A stretch of DNA of 21,429 nucleotides from a virus (IMGVR_UViG_2609459820_000008); one strand, 5' to 3'; positions 9,641-19,350 are shown, numbered from the stretch's first letter. Notes: generated by a model from the letters alone, not told the origin. Numbers and translations: made by a program.

Positions 9641-10117
9641 TTAAGTTCCAGTTTTTGTGATGTTCTGGCTTTTCCGTTCAGATTCTAGAGCTTTCAGATA
9701 CTTACCCACTTTCATTTCCATCGCTGCTATGTAGGCGCGAACATCGTGGTCAACCCAATCTGGTTCTGTAGCATTTCCAGATAACAGGAAAGCTACAATC
9801 GCTCTTATTTCATCAGAGGCTGCTTGATAAAGGTTGTTTATATCTAAAAGTTCACTTTTTGTATCTGGATTGGTGGGGGTTGGTATGGGGTATTCGTTAA
9901 GCCCCCAATGCTCTGGACCAACAACATCAGCAAAGAAACGCCATAATTCTGGAAGTTTATCTTTACTTATGGAGCCTTTCTTAATCCAGTCATAGATTGA
10001 TGGTGGTTGGACTTTGAAGTGGCGTGCGACCTCCGCCTTTGATTTGACGGATCCCGATGCGATTTTTTTGTTAATGGCCTGCTCTATCGCTCGGCCTAAG
10101 TCTTTACCACTAAGCAT
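9641..10117 (-). CDS. racR: Prophage repressor RacR (HTH DNA-binding protein)
   Basis: 158 aa (MLSGKDLGRAIEQAINKK...KAEVARHFKVQPPSIYDWIKKG), AGGAG RBS. Divergent from ydaS with operator-rich intergenic region, as in Rac. Confidence 0.85.
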   Translation of the reverse strand: MLSGKDLGRAIEQAINKKIASGSVKSKAEVARHFKVQPPSIYDWIKKGSISKDKLPELWRFFADVVGPEHWGLNEYPIPTPTNPDTKSELLDINNLYQAASDEIRAIVAFLLSGNATEPDWVDHDVRAYIAAMEMKVGKYLKALESERKSQNITKTGT

Positions 10118-10143
10118 TGCTTAATATTCTCCTATGCTCATTG

Positions 10144-10213
10144 CATTAGGCAATCCCTACTCTCATTGTATTAGGCATAGCCTATTGACATTTGTATTAG
10201 GCGTCGCCTAATA
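10144..10213 (+). promoter_or_regulatory. PR-like rightward promoter (-35 TTGACA 10185-10190, -10 TAATAT 10208-10213) plus three operator sites (ATTAGGC half-sites; perfect palindrome ATTAGGCGTCGCCTAAT 10195-10211)
   Basis: Operator motifs at 10144-10153, 10169-10184 and 10195-10211 in the 123-bp racR-ydaS divergent region. The palindrome overlaps the -10 element. Confidence 0.6.
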
Positions 10214-10240
10214 TCTCTGTGTGTTTTTGGAGTTCATTCG

Positions 10241-10537
10241 ATGAAAAAAGAGAACTATTCATTCAAGCAAGCTTGTGCTGTTGTCGGTGGGCAAACAGCA
10301 ATGGCTAGGCTTTTAGGTGTATCACCTCCAAGCGTAAATCAATGGATCAAAGGGGTACGTCAATTGCCTGCCGAGAGATGTCCAGCAATTGAACGTGCAA
10401 CAAGAGGTGAGGTGCTGTGCGAAGAACTTCGTCCTGATATTGACTGGTCATATTTACGACGTTCGGCATGTTGTTCGCAGAATATGTCAGTGAAGCAACT
10501 AAATGACAGTAACAAATCCTCATTTGATCATACCTGA
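10241..10537 (+). CDS. ydaS: Cro-like HTH protein YdaS
   Basis: 98 aa with HTH (QTAMARLLGVSPPSVNQWIKG), first gene rightward of the repressor, GGAG RBS. Confidence 0.8.
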   Translation: MKKENYSFKQACAVVGGQTAMARLLGVSPPSVNQWIKGVRQLPAERCPAIERATRGEVLCEELRPDIDWSYLRRSACCSQNMSVKQLNDSNKSSFDHT

Positions 10538-10559
10538 AACATCAAGAGGCAAATGATTC

Positions 10560-10982
10560 ATGAAAATCAAGCATGAGCACATCGAATCGGTGTTGTTTGC
10601 CCTGGCAGCCGAAAAAGGGCAGGCATGGGTAGCCAATGCAATTACTGAAGAATATCTGCGCCAGGGGGGCGGCGAATTGCCCCTGGTTCCAGGCAAGGAC
10701 TGGAACAATCAGCAGAATATCTATCACCGTTGGTTGAAAGGTGAAACGAATGCGCAAAGGGAAAAAATTCAGAAGCTGATCCCAGCAATTCTGGCAATCC
10801 TTCCGCGCGAGCTGCGTCACCGACTCTGCATCTTCGATACCCTGGAACGCCGTGCATTACTGGCGGCGCAGGAAGCGTTAAGTACGGCAATTGATGCGCA
10901 TGATGATGCAGTCCAAGCCGTTTACCGGAAAGCGCATTTCAGCGGCGGCGGGTCTTCCGACGATTCTGTCATTGTTCATTAA
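10560..10982 (+). CDS. ydaT: YdaT-like protein (toxic partner of YdaS in Rac)
   Basis: 140 aa (MKIKHEHIESVLFALAAEKGQAWV...), immediately downstream of ydaS. Confidence 0.8.
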   Translation: MKIKHEHIESVLFALAAEKGQAWVANAITEEYLRQGGGELPLVPGKDWNNQQNIYHRWLKGETNAQREKIQKLIPAILAILPRELRHRLCIFDTLERRALLAAQEALSTAIDAHDDAVQAVYRKAHFSGGGSSDDSVIVH

Positions 10983-10994
10983 GCAAAAGTTTTC

Positions 10995-11852
10995 ATGCTG
11001 TTTGTGCTTATTCTAAGCCACCGGGCAGCATCATACGGGGCAATTATGGCCGCATTACCATACATGCAACTGTACATAGCTGATTACCTGGCTGACACCA
11101 TGCATTTGTCAGCAGAGGAGCATGGTGCGTATTTGTTGCTGATGTTCAATTACTGGCAAACAGGAAAGCCAATACCTAAAAACAGGCTGGCAAAAATTGC
11201 CCGTCTGACTAACGAGCGATGGGCTGATGTTGAACCATCCTTGCAGGAGTTTTTTTGCGATAACGGCGAGGAATGGGTGCATCTTCGGATTGCGGAAGAT
11301 CTGGCATCAGTCAGGGAAAAATTAACCAAAAAATCAGCCGCAGGAAAAGCATCTGTTCAGGCCAGAAGAAGCAGAAAGGAAGCAGATGTTCAAACAAAAC
11401 AAGAGAGAAATTTAACAGGTGTTCAAACAGATGTTGAAGTGGTGTTTGAACATGATGTCAACACAAAGGCAACTAATAAAGATACAGATAAAGATCTAAA
11501 AACAGATCCCCCCCTAAATCCCCCCCGGGGGAATCGAGGTGTCAAAAAGTTTGACCCTCTGGATATTGCTTTGCCGAACTGGATTTCTGTCTCGCTTTGG
11601 CGTGAGTGGGTTGAATTTCGCCAGGCATTGCGAAAACCGATTCGAACGGAGCAGGGCGCTAACGGGGCGATACGGGAGCTGGAAAAATTCCGCCAGCAGG
11701 GTTTTTCACCTGAGCAGGTGATTAGACACAGCATCGCCAATGAATACCAGGGCTTGTTCGCGCCGAAAGGTGTTCGACCTGAGACGTTACTCCGACAGGT
11801 TAACACCGTCTCGTTACCGGATAGTGCGATCCCGCCAGGCTTCAGGGGGTAA
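10995..11852 (+). CDS. ydaU: YdaU-like replication-associated protein (DUF1376)
   Basis: 285-aa ORF preceding the DnaC-like gene. An alternative internal start (MAALPYMQLY) cannot be excluded. Confidence 0.7.
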   Translation: MLFVLILSHRAASYGAIMAALPYMQLYIADYLADTMHLSAEEHGAYLLLMFNYWQTGKPIPKNRLAKIARLTNERWADVEPSLQEFFCDNGEEWVHLRIAEDLASVREKLTKKSAAGKASVQARRSRKEADVQTKQERNLTGVQTDVEVVFEHDVNTKATNKDTDKDLKTDPPLNPPRGNRGVKKFDPLDIALPNWISVSLWREWVEFRQALRKPIRTEQGANGAIRELEKFRQQGFSPEQVIRHSIANEYQGLFAPKGVRPETLLRQVNTVSLPDSAIPPGFRG

Positions 11853-11858
11853 CTGTCC

Positions 11859-12605
11859 ATGAAAAATATTGCGACAGGCGACGTTCTTGAACGTATCCGC
11901 AGACTGGCCCCGTCACATGTAACCGCGCCATTCAAGACGGTAGCGGAGTGGCGCGAGTGGCAACTTTCCGAAGGCCAGAAACGTTGTGAGGAGATCAACC
12001 GTCAGAATCGTCAGTTGCGGGTGGAAAAAATTCTGAATCGCTCTGGCATCCAGCCATTGCACCGCAAATGCTCGTTTTCGAATTACCAGGTGCAGAACGA
12101 AGCGCAGCGATACGCGTTGAGTCAGGCGAAATCCATCGCTGATGAACTGATGACCGGGTGTACAAATTTTGCGTTCAGCGGAAAACCTGGTACCGGGAAG
12201 AACCACTTAGCGGCAGCTATCGGGAATCGCCTGCTGAAAGACGGTCAGACAGTGATTGTGGTTACCGTGGCTGATGTTATGAGTGCCCTGCACGCCAGCT
12301 ATGACGATGGGCAGTCAGGCGAAAAATTTTTGCGGGAACTGTGCGAAGTGGATCTGCTGGTTCTTGATGAAATTGGCATTCAGCGCGAGACAAAAAACGA
12401 GCAGGTGGTGCTGCACCAGATTGTTGATCGCCGGACAGCGTCGATGCGCAGCGTGGGGATGCTGACAAACCTGAACTATGAGGCCATGAAAACATTGCTC
12501 GGCGAGCGGATTATGGATCGCATGACCATGAACGGCGGACGCTGGGTGAATTTTAACTGGGAGAGCTGGCGTCCGAATGTCGTCCAGCCAGGAATTGCGA
12601 AGTGA
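11859..12605 (+). CDS. ydaV: DnaC-like AAA+ helicase loader / replication protein
   Basis: 248 aa with Walker [16 protein letters not shown] and Walker B LLVLDEIG, in phage replication-module position. Confidence 0.85.
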   Translation: MKNIATGDVLERIRRLAPSHVTAPFKTVAEWREWQLSEGQKRCEEINRQNRQLRVEKILNRSGIQPLHRKCSFSNYQVQNEAQRYALSQAKSIADELMTGCTNFAFSGKPGTGKNHLAAAIGNRLLKDGQTVIVVTVADVMSALHASYDDGQSGEKFLRELCEVDLLVLDEIGIQRETKNEQVVLHQIVDRRTASMRSVGMLTNLNYEAMKTLLGERIMDRMTMNGGRWVNFNWESWRPNVVQPGIAK

Positions 12606-12627
12606 TTTTTACCGGGAGGAAATTTTA

Positions 12628-13389
12628 ATGGAGACTGTTTTTGACGCACTGAAAGCAATGGGAAAAGCCACGTCGGTAGAACTGGCTGCGCGACTTGATA
12701 TCAGTCGTGAAGAGGTACTGAACGAGCTGTGGGAGCTGAAAAAGGCTGGTTTCGTTGATAAAAGCGTATACACCTGGCGTGTGGCTGATAACAACGTTCA
12801 GCAGGAACAGCCAGAGCAGGCAGAACCGCCGGAAGAAACCACCACGGCAACAGTCGCGAAAATTTCGGAGTGCGATTTAACTGCGACGATTGAACAACGT
12901 GGACCACAAACGGCGGATGAGTTGGCTACATGGTTCGGTACCACATCACGCAAAGTGGCTTCAACGCTGGCAATGGCAATCAGCAAAGGTCGTCTGATTC
13001 GCGTTAATCAGAACGGTAAATTTCGTTACTGCATACCGGGCGATAATTTACCAGCAAAGCCGAAAGCTGCATCGGTAACGGAAACTGATTTTAAAGCCTT
13101 TCCTCAGCCAGCAGATGTTGCGTTACCAGTACAGGAAGCTGCAACACAGGAAGATATTAAAACAGAAACTGTGGCGGACATTGTGCAGTCGCTGCCATCG
13201 TTTACTGAAACGCGAGCTGATGACCTGATTTTGCCATCGCTGCATATGGCAAACCGCGAACTGCGTCGGGCGAAAAATCATGTCCAGAAGTGGGAGCGAG
13301 TCTGCGCCGCGCTGCGGGAGCTGAACAAGCACCGGGATATTGTTCGACAGATTGCTGATTCTTCCCGCCGTGTTGTATCGGAAAAGTGA
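12628..13389 (+). CDS. Prophage protein with N-terminal winged-helix-like domain (YdaW-like position), function unknown
   Basis: Start chosen at [13 protein letters not shown]... (GGGAGG RBS 7 nt upstream) rather than the ORF-track start at 12577. Acidic Q/E/P-rich linker and C-terminal domain. Confidence 0.55.
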   Translation: METVFDALKAMGKATSVELAARLDISREEVLNELWELKKAGFVDKSVYTWRVADNNVQQEQPEQAEPPEETTTATVAKISECDLTATIEQRGPQTADELATWFGTTSRKVASTLAMAISKGRLIRVNQNGKFRYCIPGDNLPAKPKAASVTETDFKAFPQPADVALPVQEAATQEDIKTETVADIVQSLPSFTETRADDLILPSLHMANRELRRAKNHVQKWERVCAALRELNKHRDIVRQIADSSRRVVSEK

Positions 13390-13404
13390 TTGCCGGAGGC
13401 GCTT

Positions 13405-13836
13405 ATGGCAAAAGTATTTACACAAGAAGAGCGGGAAAAAATTAAAGGGCAGGTTGTTGAGCTAGTACGCCGGAGTGGACGCGAGACGTTACGACAACTG
13501 GAGGCCAAGACAGGTGCGACAAGATATCTGATGAGCGTTCTCGCCAGAGAGCTGGTTGCCAGTGGCGATGTATACAACTCTGGTTACGGGTTATTCCCGT
13601 CTGAACAGGCTCGTAAGGACTGGCAAAATGCCCGCAAAAAACTATCCAGGGCAAAGGTGAAGAAACCATCTGTGGTTGATCCGGACCTTATCTGGTCATT
13701 ACCAGACGGAGAAATACGCCGCTACGACAGGCGTCTGAACATAATCTGTCGCGAGTGCCGGAAGAGTGAAGTTATGCAGCGTGTGCTGGCGTTTTATCAG
13801 AATGGTTTTCGAGAGAGGCTTGGAGATCAGGGATGA
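13405..13836 (+). CDS. Hypothetical prophage protein (about 143 aa)
   Basis: ORF with GGAGG RBS before ATG at 13405 (MAKVFTQEEREKIKGQVVELV...). Backbone-like GC content. No recognised motifs. Confidence 0.5.
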   Translation: MAKVFTQEEREKIKGQVVELVRRSGRETLRQLEAKTGATRYLMSVLARELVASGDVYNSGYGLFPSEQARKDWQNARKKLSRAKVKKPSVVDPDLIWSLPDGEIRRYDRRLNIICRECRKSEVMQRVLAFYQNGFRERLGDQG

Positions 13837-14029
13837 ATAGAACGATGAAGGATGGAAGCTACATATTCTCGGTACTAAGATTTATTTTTCTGACACAAAA
13901 TGACCATTTGGCGTTACATAATCCCAAAAAAACGTATCAAAAATCTCAAAATGCGTTACGATTAGAGAGTATTTTGATTCTGCGTGCTCATTTTTTGATT
14001 GCTGTGGCTTTTTGTTGTGGGAGTGTTGA

Positions 14030-15184
14030 ATGGATTATTTATCAGAAGTGTTAAAAATCATTGAAGGTGCAACAAAGGCAAATGCTTCGATGGCTAGTAA
14101 TTATGCTGGGTTGCTGGCAGATAAGCTCGAACAAAAAGGGGAGGTCAAGCAAGCCAGAATGATAAGAGAAAGGTTGCTTAGAGCTCCCCAGGCGTTGGCA
14201 GGAGCTCAAAGGGCTGGAGGTGGGATATCTCTGGGCTCATTACCGGTAGATATTGATAGTCGACTCAACACTGTTGATGTCAGTTATCCTAAATTAGACA
14301 GTTCAGAGATTTTTCTGCCTGCAGCAATCAGTACCCGTGTTGAAGAGTTTATCACTAATGTTCAACGTTATGATGAGTTTGTTAAAGCTGATGCAGCATT
14401 GCCGAGTCGTATGCTCGTGTATGGAAAGCCAGGAACAGGTAAGACTATGTTATCTAAGTACATCGCTACCCGCTTAGATTTTCCACTTCTTACAGTGCGT
14501 TGCGATACTTTGATTAGTAGTTTATTGGGACAAACCAGCAAAAATCTTAGACAGGTTTTCGATTATGTAATGCAGAGGCCATCAGTGCTTTTTTTAGACG
14601 AATTTGATGCTTTAGCTGGAGCAAGAGGTAATGAGAGAGATATAGGTGAGCTTCAGCGAGTTGTCATTTCACTATTGCAGAATATGGATGCGGCATCAGA
14701 GGATACGGTAATTATTGCCTCAACTAACCATGAGCAACTTCTGGATCCTGCAATCTGGAGGCGATTTAGCTTCAGAATTCCAATGCCTCTGCCTGACATA
14801 CATCAGAGAGAGTTAATTTGGAAAAATCGTTTAAAGAATATGATATGTAGCGATCTAGATTTAAGTGATTTATCAAGAAAATCGGAAGGATTATCCGGAG
14901 CAATAATTGAACAGGTGAGCTTGGATGCACGTAGGGATGCAGTTATTGAAGGTGCAAGTGTGATAAATCACCATAAATTGTATAGGCGTTTGTATCTTGC
15001 TCAATCGCTTATGGAAGGTGTAAATTTAAGCACTTACGAAGATGAAATTCGTTGGTTACGTTCTAAAGATAAAAAATTATTTTCTATCAGAGTTCTTGCT
15101 AATTTGTACAAACTTACATCAAGAGTAATTTCAAACATTCTGAAGGAGTCAGGAGCATATGAGCAGAAGGGGTACACAGTTTAG
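14030..15184 (+). CDS. AAA+ ATPase (classic AAA domain) - first gene of a two-gene low-GC cargo; IetA-like candidate defence ATPase
   Basis: 384 aa. Walker A GKPGTGKT (aa 132-139), Walker B VLFLDEFDAL (aa 186-195), sensor-1 IIASTNH, arginine RRF. GGGAG RBS. Sampled stretches of the cargo are about 27-32% GC versus roughly 50% flanking. Confidence 0.9.
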   Translation: MDYLSEVLKIIEGATKANASMASNYAGLLADKLEQKGEVKQARMIRERLLRAPQALAGAQRAGGGISLGSLPVDIDSRLNTVDVSYPKLDSSEIFLPAAISTRVEEFITNVQRYDEFVKADAALPSRMLVYGKPGTGKTMLSKYIATRLDFPLLTVRCDTLISSLLGQTSKNLRQVFDYVMQRPSVLFLDEFDALAGARGNERDIGELQRVVISLLQNMDAASEDTVIIASTNHEQLLDPAIWRRFSFRIPMPLPDIHQRELIWKNRLKNMICSDLDLSDLSRKSEGLSGAIIEQVSLDARRDAVIEGASVINHHKLYRRLYLAQSLMEGVNLSTYEDEIRWLRSKDKKLFSIRVLANLYKLTSRVISNILKESGAYEQKGYTV

Positions 15185-17423
15185 TAACGCAAAAGTTACA
15201 AACCCAATGTTAAGAATCCCTTTTTCCAGTAGTGACTTGGGTGCAATAGTAAACGCTGGCGGTGGGGCAAAGGTATTGGTTGATGTAACAGCCGAATATA
15301 GACAAGGGCTAGTAAGAAATTTAACAACCAGTAAACATTATTTAGAATCCAAACTTTCAGAGTACCCTGGAAGCTTGGGTACTTTGGTTTTCAAATTAAG
15401 AGACCAGGGAATAGCCAAAACGCATAGGCCGAACAAAATTGCTCAAGAGGCTGGATTGCAAAATGCCGGTCATGCCAAAATAGATGAAATGTTGGTTGCT
15501 GCTCATGCCGGCTGTTTTGACGTATTAGAGTCAGTCATTTTACATCGGAATATTAAAGCGATTTTGGCTAATCTAAGCGCGATTGAGCGCATTGAACCTT
15601 GGGATGAGAATAGGAAGGTTCCAGGAGGCACTGATGGTTTGTTTGAATCATCAAACATCCTTGTACGACTATTTGAGTACACAGGTGAAGATGCAACTTA
15701 CAACAACTATGAAAACGTTATTTCTATATTAGAACAACACGGAGTTAAATATGATGAGATTAGACAAAAATGTGGTCTTCCCTTATTAAGGATAATGGAT
15801 TTATCCCCAAATGATAGATATATATTAGACATTCTCATTGATTACCCGGGTATAAGAACGTTAATTCCTGAACCAAAATATTCAGCATTCCCGGTTAGTG
15901 TAAGTGATTCTGTTGGCATTGAAACAAATAGCTTTCCCGTACCATCAGAAGAATTACCCATTGTTGCTGTATTTGACACTGGGGTAAGCCCCATCGCGGC
16001 AACAATTACTCCTTGGGTAGTGAGTAGGGAAACATACGTAATTCCTCCTGATACGAGTTATGAACATGGGACTATGGTGTCTTCATTGATATCAGGCGCT
16101 CATTTTTTAAATGACAATCATCCATGGATTCCTGATACAAAATCTAAAATCCATGATGTTTGTGCCTTAGATGAAAATGGATCTTATATATCAGATTTAA
16201 TTCTGAGGCTAGCAGATGCTGTAAATAAAAGACCAGATATAAAAGTCTGGAATTTGTCTTTGGGAGGCGGACCATGTAATGAGCAGACGTTTAGTGATTT
16301 TGCGATGGAGTTAGATCGGCTCAGCGATAAATTTGGTATTTTGTTTGTAGTTGCTGCAGGTAATTATGTAGATGAACCTATACGTACATGGCCAAATCCT
16401 GATCCGCTTGGAGGTGCTGATTTAATTTCCTCTCCTGGAGAGTCAGTCCGAGCACTAACAGTTGGTTCAGTTTCTCATATGGAAGCTAATGATGCTTTAA
16501 GTGAAATTGGAACACCGACACCATATACTCGTCGTGGCCCTGGGCCTGTATTTACTCCAAAGCCAGATATAATCCATGCTGGCGGTGGGGTTCATAGACC
16601 TTGGAATGTAGGAGCAAGCAGTTTAAAGGTCGTAGGGCCAGATAATAGGCTTTGCTCTAATTTTGGTACTAGTTTTGCTGCTCCAATTGTGGCAAGTTTA
16701 GCTGCGCATACATGGCAGAGAATAGCCACTAATACAGACTTTAATGTTTCACCATCATTGATTAAAGCATTATTAATTCATTCCGCTCAATTATCTTCTC
16801 CTGATTACTCGCCAAGTGAAAGACGCTATTTGGGAGCGGGAATTCCTAATGAAGTTATTGAGACCTTATATGATAGTGATGATAGGTTTACTCTGATTTT
16901 CCAAACATTCTTGGTTCCTGGGGTGAGGTGGAGAAAGGATAACTATCCCATACCATCGGCACTTATTCAAAATGGAAAATTTAAAGGTGAGATTGTAATT
17001 ACTGCTGCATATGCACCACCACTGAACCCTAATGCCGGCAGTGAATATGTTCGCGCGAACGTAGAGCTAAGTTTTGGCTTAATTGAGAATAATACTATAA
17101 AAGGAAAAGTGCCTATGGAAGGAGAAAACGGTCAATCTGGATATGAGAGAGCTCAAATTGAGCATGGTGGAAAGTGGTCACCAGTAAAAATTCATCGCAA
17201 GGCATTTAATAAAGGAATTACTTCGGGTAACTGGGCTCTTCAGGCTAAAACAACGTTGAGAGCGAATGAACCGGCCTTAATGGAGCCTTTACCTGTAACT
17301 ATTGTAGTAACTTTAAAATCATTAGATGGAAACACACAAGTTTATGCTGATGGCGTAAGAGCTTTAAATGCTAATAACTGGGCTCACTATCCATTGCCTG
17401 CTCGTGTGCCAGTTTCCGTATAA
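15159..17423 (+). CDS. Subtilisin-like serine peptidase (S8 family) with extra N- and C-terminal domains; IetS-like candidate defence protease
   Basis: 754 aa. Catalytic motifs in S8 order: Asp in VAVFDTGVS (about aa 273), His in YEHGTMVSS (about aa 303), oxyanion Asn in VVAAGNY (about aa 402), Ser in GTSFAAPIVA (about aa 505). Start overlaps the ATPase 3' end by 26 nt with AGGAG RBS (translational coupling). Low GC. Confidence 0.9.
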   Translation: MSRRGTQFSNAKVTNPMLRIPFSSSDLGAIVNAGGGAKVLVDVTAEYRQGLVRNLTTSKHYLESKLSEYPGSLGTLVFKLRDQGIAKTHRPNKIAQEAGLQNAGHAKIDEMLVAAHAGCFDVLESVILHRNIKAILANLSAIERIEPWDENRKVPGGTDGLFESSNILVRLFEYTGEDATYNNYENVISILEQHGVKYDEIRQKCGLPLLRIMDLSPNDRYILDILIDYPGIRTLIPEPKYSAFPVSVSDSVGIETNSFPVPSEELPIVAVFDTGVSPIAATITPWVVSRETYVIPPDTSYEHGTMVSSLISGAHFLNDNHPWIPDTKSKIHDVCALDENGSYISDLILRLADAVNKRPDIKVWNLSLGGGPCNEQTFSDFAMELDRLSDKFGILFVVAAGNYVDEPIRTWPNPDPLGGADLISSPGESVRALTVGSVSHMEANDALSEIGTPTPYTRRGPGPVFTPKPDIIHAGGGVHRPWNVGASSLKVVGPDNRLCSNFGTSFAAPIVASLAAHTWQRIATNTDFNVSPSLIKALLIHSAQLSSPDYSPSERRYLGAGIPNEVIETLYDSDDRFTLIFQTFLVPGVRWRKDNYPIPSALIQNGKFKGEIVITAAYAPPLNPNAGSEYVRANVELSFGLIENNTIKGKVPMEGENGQSGYERAQIEHGGKWSPVKIHRKAFNKGITSGNWALQAKTTLRANEPALMEPLPVTIVVTLKSLDGNTQVYADGVRALNANNWAHYPLPARVPVSV

Positions 17424-17435
17424 CAACTATATAAA

Positions 17436-17468
17436 TCAAACCCGCTGTAGCGGGTTTGATTTATTTGT
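17436..17468 (+). terminator. Rho-independent terminator after the protease gene
   Basis: Hairpin AAACCCGC-TGTA-GCGGGTTT followed by GATTTATTTG, 13 nt after the protease stop. Confidence 0.65.
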
Positions 17469-17836
17469 GGGTGTGTTTTATAAAAATACCGCCCATACAC
17501 AACAAAATACAAAAAGTATTATAGATAAAAAAGGAACGTAATGTGCAGATTTGTTGTTTTCCATATTTACTCACCTTAATATGATTAACCCTGATAGGGT
17601 TGTTATTTCAGCGGTTTTCAAATGAGATATTATGGTGATCTGGCAGATTTGCATAACATTAAAATTTAATTTGTTTAACCGCTTTTAATAATAAGCGTTG
17701 TTTGTATCCCAGCAATCTGTTTTTTGGTTTTTATTCCATTAAGGTGGGGCTTTACACTGGAGCCAGTTTATTTATACTTCATACGTCAGCCTGAACAACT
17801 GGCATCTGCTGCGCTGCGCCATCGAGAGATTAAGAA

Positions 17837-18436
17837 ATGGCGCATATACAACTGGTCAAACAAACCTCTTCCGGATTACTTCTCCCGGCGACGCCGGAGA
17901 GTTGTGATTTTCTGCATCAAATCAAAATAGGCGAGTGGATACACGCAGACTTTAAGCGTGTGCGTAACTACGCATTCCACAAGCGTTTTTTCAAACTCCT
18001 GCAACTGGGATTCGATTACTGGACTCCGGTCGGTGGGGCGATCACGCCTCGCGAACGAGAACTGCTGTCTGGTTTCGTTGATTACCTGTGCGAATCAGTT
18101 GGTCGGGAACACACGCCAGCCCTGAGTGATGCCGCAGAGCAATATCTGAATACAGTTGCGACACGCAGAACCCGGGATACGGCATTGCTAAAGTCGTTTG
18201 AGGCTTTTCGCGAGTGGGTAACCATTCAGGCTGGATTTTACACCGAACATTTTTATCCGGACGGTAGCCGCGGGCGTCGGGCAAAATCTATCGCTTTTGC
18301 GAATATGGACGAAACCGAGTTTCAGCAGGTTTATAAATCTGTTCTGAATGTGCTGTGGAACTGGATTCTGTTCCGTAAATTTTCCTCTCCGGAACAAGTC
18401 GAAAATGTGGCCGCGCAGCTGCTGGAGTTTGCGTAA
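17837..18436 (+). CDS. Lambdoid nin-region conserved protein (about 199 aa), function unknown
   Basis: ORF directly upstream of, and overlapping by TAATG with, the YbcO-like gene. Family assignment not secure from sequence alone. Confidence 0.55.
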   Translation: MAHIQLVKQTSSGLLLPATPESCDFLHQIKIGEWIHADFKRVRNYAFHKRFFKLLQLGFDYWTPVGGAITPRERELLSGFVDYLCESVGREHTPALSDAAEQYLNTVATRRTRDTALLKSFEAFREWVTIQAGFYTEHFYPDGSRGRRAKSIAFANMDETEFQQVYKSVLNVLWNWILFRKFSSPEQVENVAAQLLEFA

Positions 18437-18726
18437 TGGTGGATTTACGTAAAGCGGCGCGGGGGCGGATGTGCACCGTCAGAATTCTTGGCTACTGCAA
18501 TCACGATCCGGAAACGTCTGTGCTGGCGCATTACCGACTGGCGGGAACGTGCGGAACAGCGACAAAACCACACGATATGCAGGCGGCGATTGCCTGTAGC
18601 TCATGCCACGATTTAATCGACGGGCGGGTAAAAACAAGCGATTACACCAAAGAAGATTTACGCCTGATGCATGCAGAAGGTGTTTTTCGCACGCAAGAAA
18701 TCTGGAGAAAGGAAGGTTATTTATGA
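18436..18726 (+). CDS. YbcO-like DUF1364 protein (putative nuclease of lambdoid nin regions)
   Basis: 96 aa, MVDLRKAARGRMCTVRILGYCNHDPETSVLAH...IACSSCHD, strongly reminiscent of recalled DLP12 YbcO (same length, Cys/His pattern). Confidence 0.7.
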   Translation: MVDLRKAARGRMCTVRILGYCNHDPETSVLAHYRLAGTCGTATKPHDMQAAIACSSCHDLIDGRVKTSDYTKEDLRLMHAEGVFRTQEIWRKEGYL

Positions 18727-19265
18727 TTTACCCAACAAATACAGGCAAAAGCGGGGAACACCTTCGTCTCACCACGCTGGAAAGTGTCTGGATTCAGGGA
18801 AAACTGCGCATGTGGGGGCGCTGGTCGTATATTGGCGGCGGTAAGACGGGGAATATGTTCAACCAGTTGTTGGCCTCTAAAAAGCTGACAAAAACGGCAA
18901 TTAACGAGGCGCTCCGGAGGATGAAAAAAGCAGGTCTGAACAAGTCTGAACTTGAGGCTTTTTTGCGGGATATGATTAACGGTAAGCAAAAGAGCTGGCT
19001 GGCGCATTGTACTGATGCAGAGGCGTTATGTATTGATCGGGTCATAAGTGAGGTGCTGGCAGAGCATCCAGGATTGATTAGCGTCCTTCGGCAACGGTAT
19101 GAGGGGCGGGGGATGACCAAACGCAAAATGGCTGAATTGCTAAATGATGCACACCCAGAGTGGTGTTTTAGCACATGCGAAAAGCGAATTGCTAATTGGT
19201 TGGCCGTTGCTGAGTATGCGCTATACATTCCCATGCGAGAATCATTCGCTCAAAAAACGGCTTGA
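18723..19265 (+). CDS. Putative late-gene antiterminator (Q-like) protein
   Basis: 180 aa from MIYPTNTGKSG... with AAGGAAGG RBS. Assignment by synteny only: last gene before the tRNA/terminator region and lysis cassette. Sequence not independently recognised. Confidence 0.45.
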   Translation: MIYPTNTGKSGEHLRLTTLESVWIQGKLRMWGRWSYIGGGKTGNMFNQLLASKKLTKTAINEALRRMKKAGLNKSELEAFLRDMINGKQKSWLAHCTDAEALCIDRVISEVLAEHPGLISVLRQRYEGRGMTKRKMAELLNDAHPEWCFSTCEKRIANWLAVAEYALYIPMRESFAQKTA

Positions 19266-19350
19266 TTTTTTACGCATAAACTGCTTCAATTTTGCTACGC
19301 TTCGCAAAGCTGTATCGCGAGGCGAATCAAGCGCAATTAAACTTTAATAG

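Noticed and set aside
10520-10890. Minus-strand ORFs (62-92 aa) opposite ydaT
   Set aside because: Antisense to the ydaS/ydaT operon; no RBS and overlapping each other.
11423-12495. Minus-strand ORFs opposite ydaU/ydaV
   Set aside because: Shadow ORFs of the replication genes, which carry clear Walker motifs on the plus strand.
13833-14054. 73-aa plus-strand ORF in the AT-rich junction before the AAA+ ATPase
   Set aside because: Starts inside the stop of the preceding gene, AT-rich low-complexity translation, no RBS; more likely the promoter/leader of the cargo operon.
17724-17930. 68-aa ORF overlapping the start of the nin-region gene
   Set aside because: No RBS, arginine-run low-complexity product; overlaps the better-supported 199-aa gene.
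18042-19234. Minus-strand ORFs (62-146 aa) opposite the nin/Q-like genes
   Set aside because: Antisense shadows of a compact, translationally coupled plus-strand operon.
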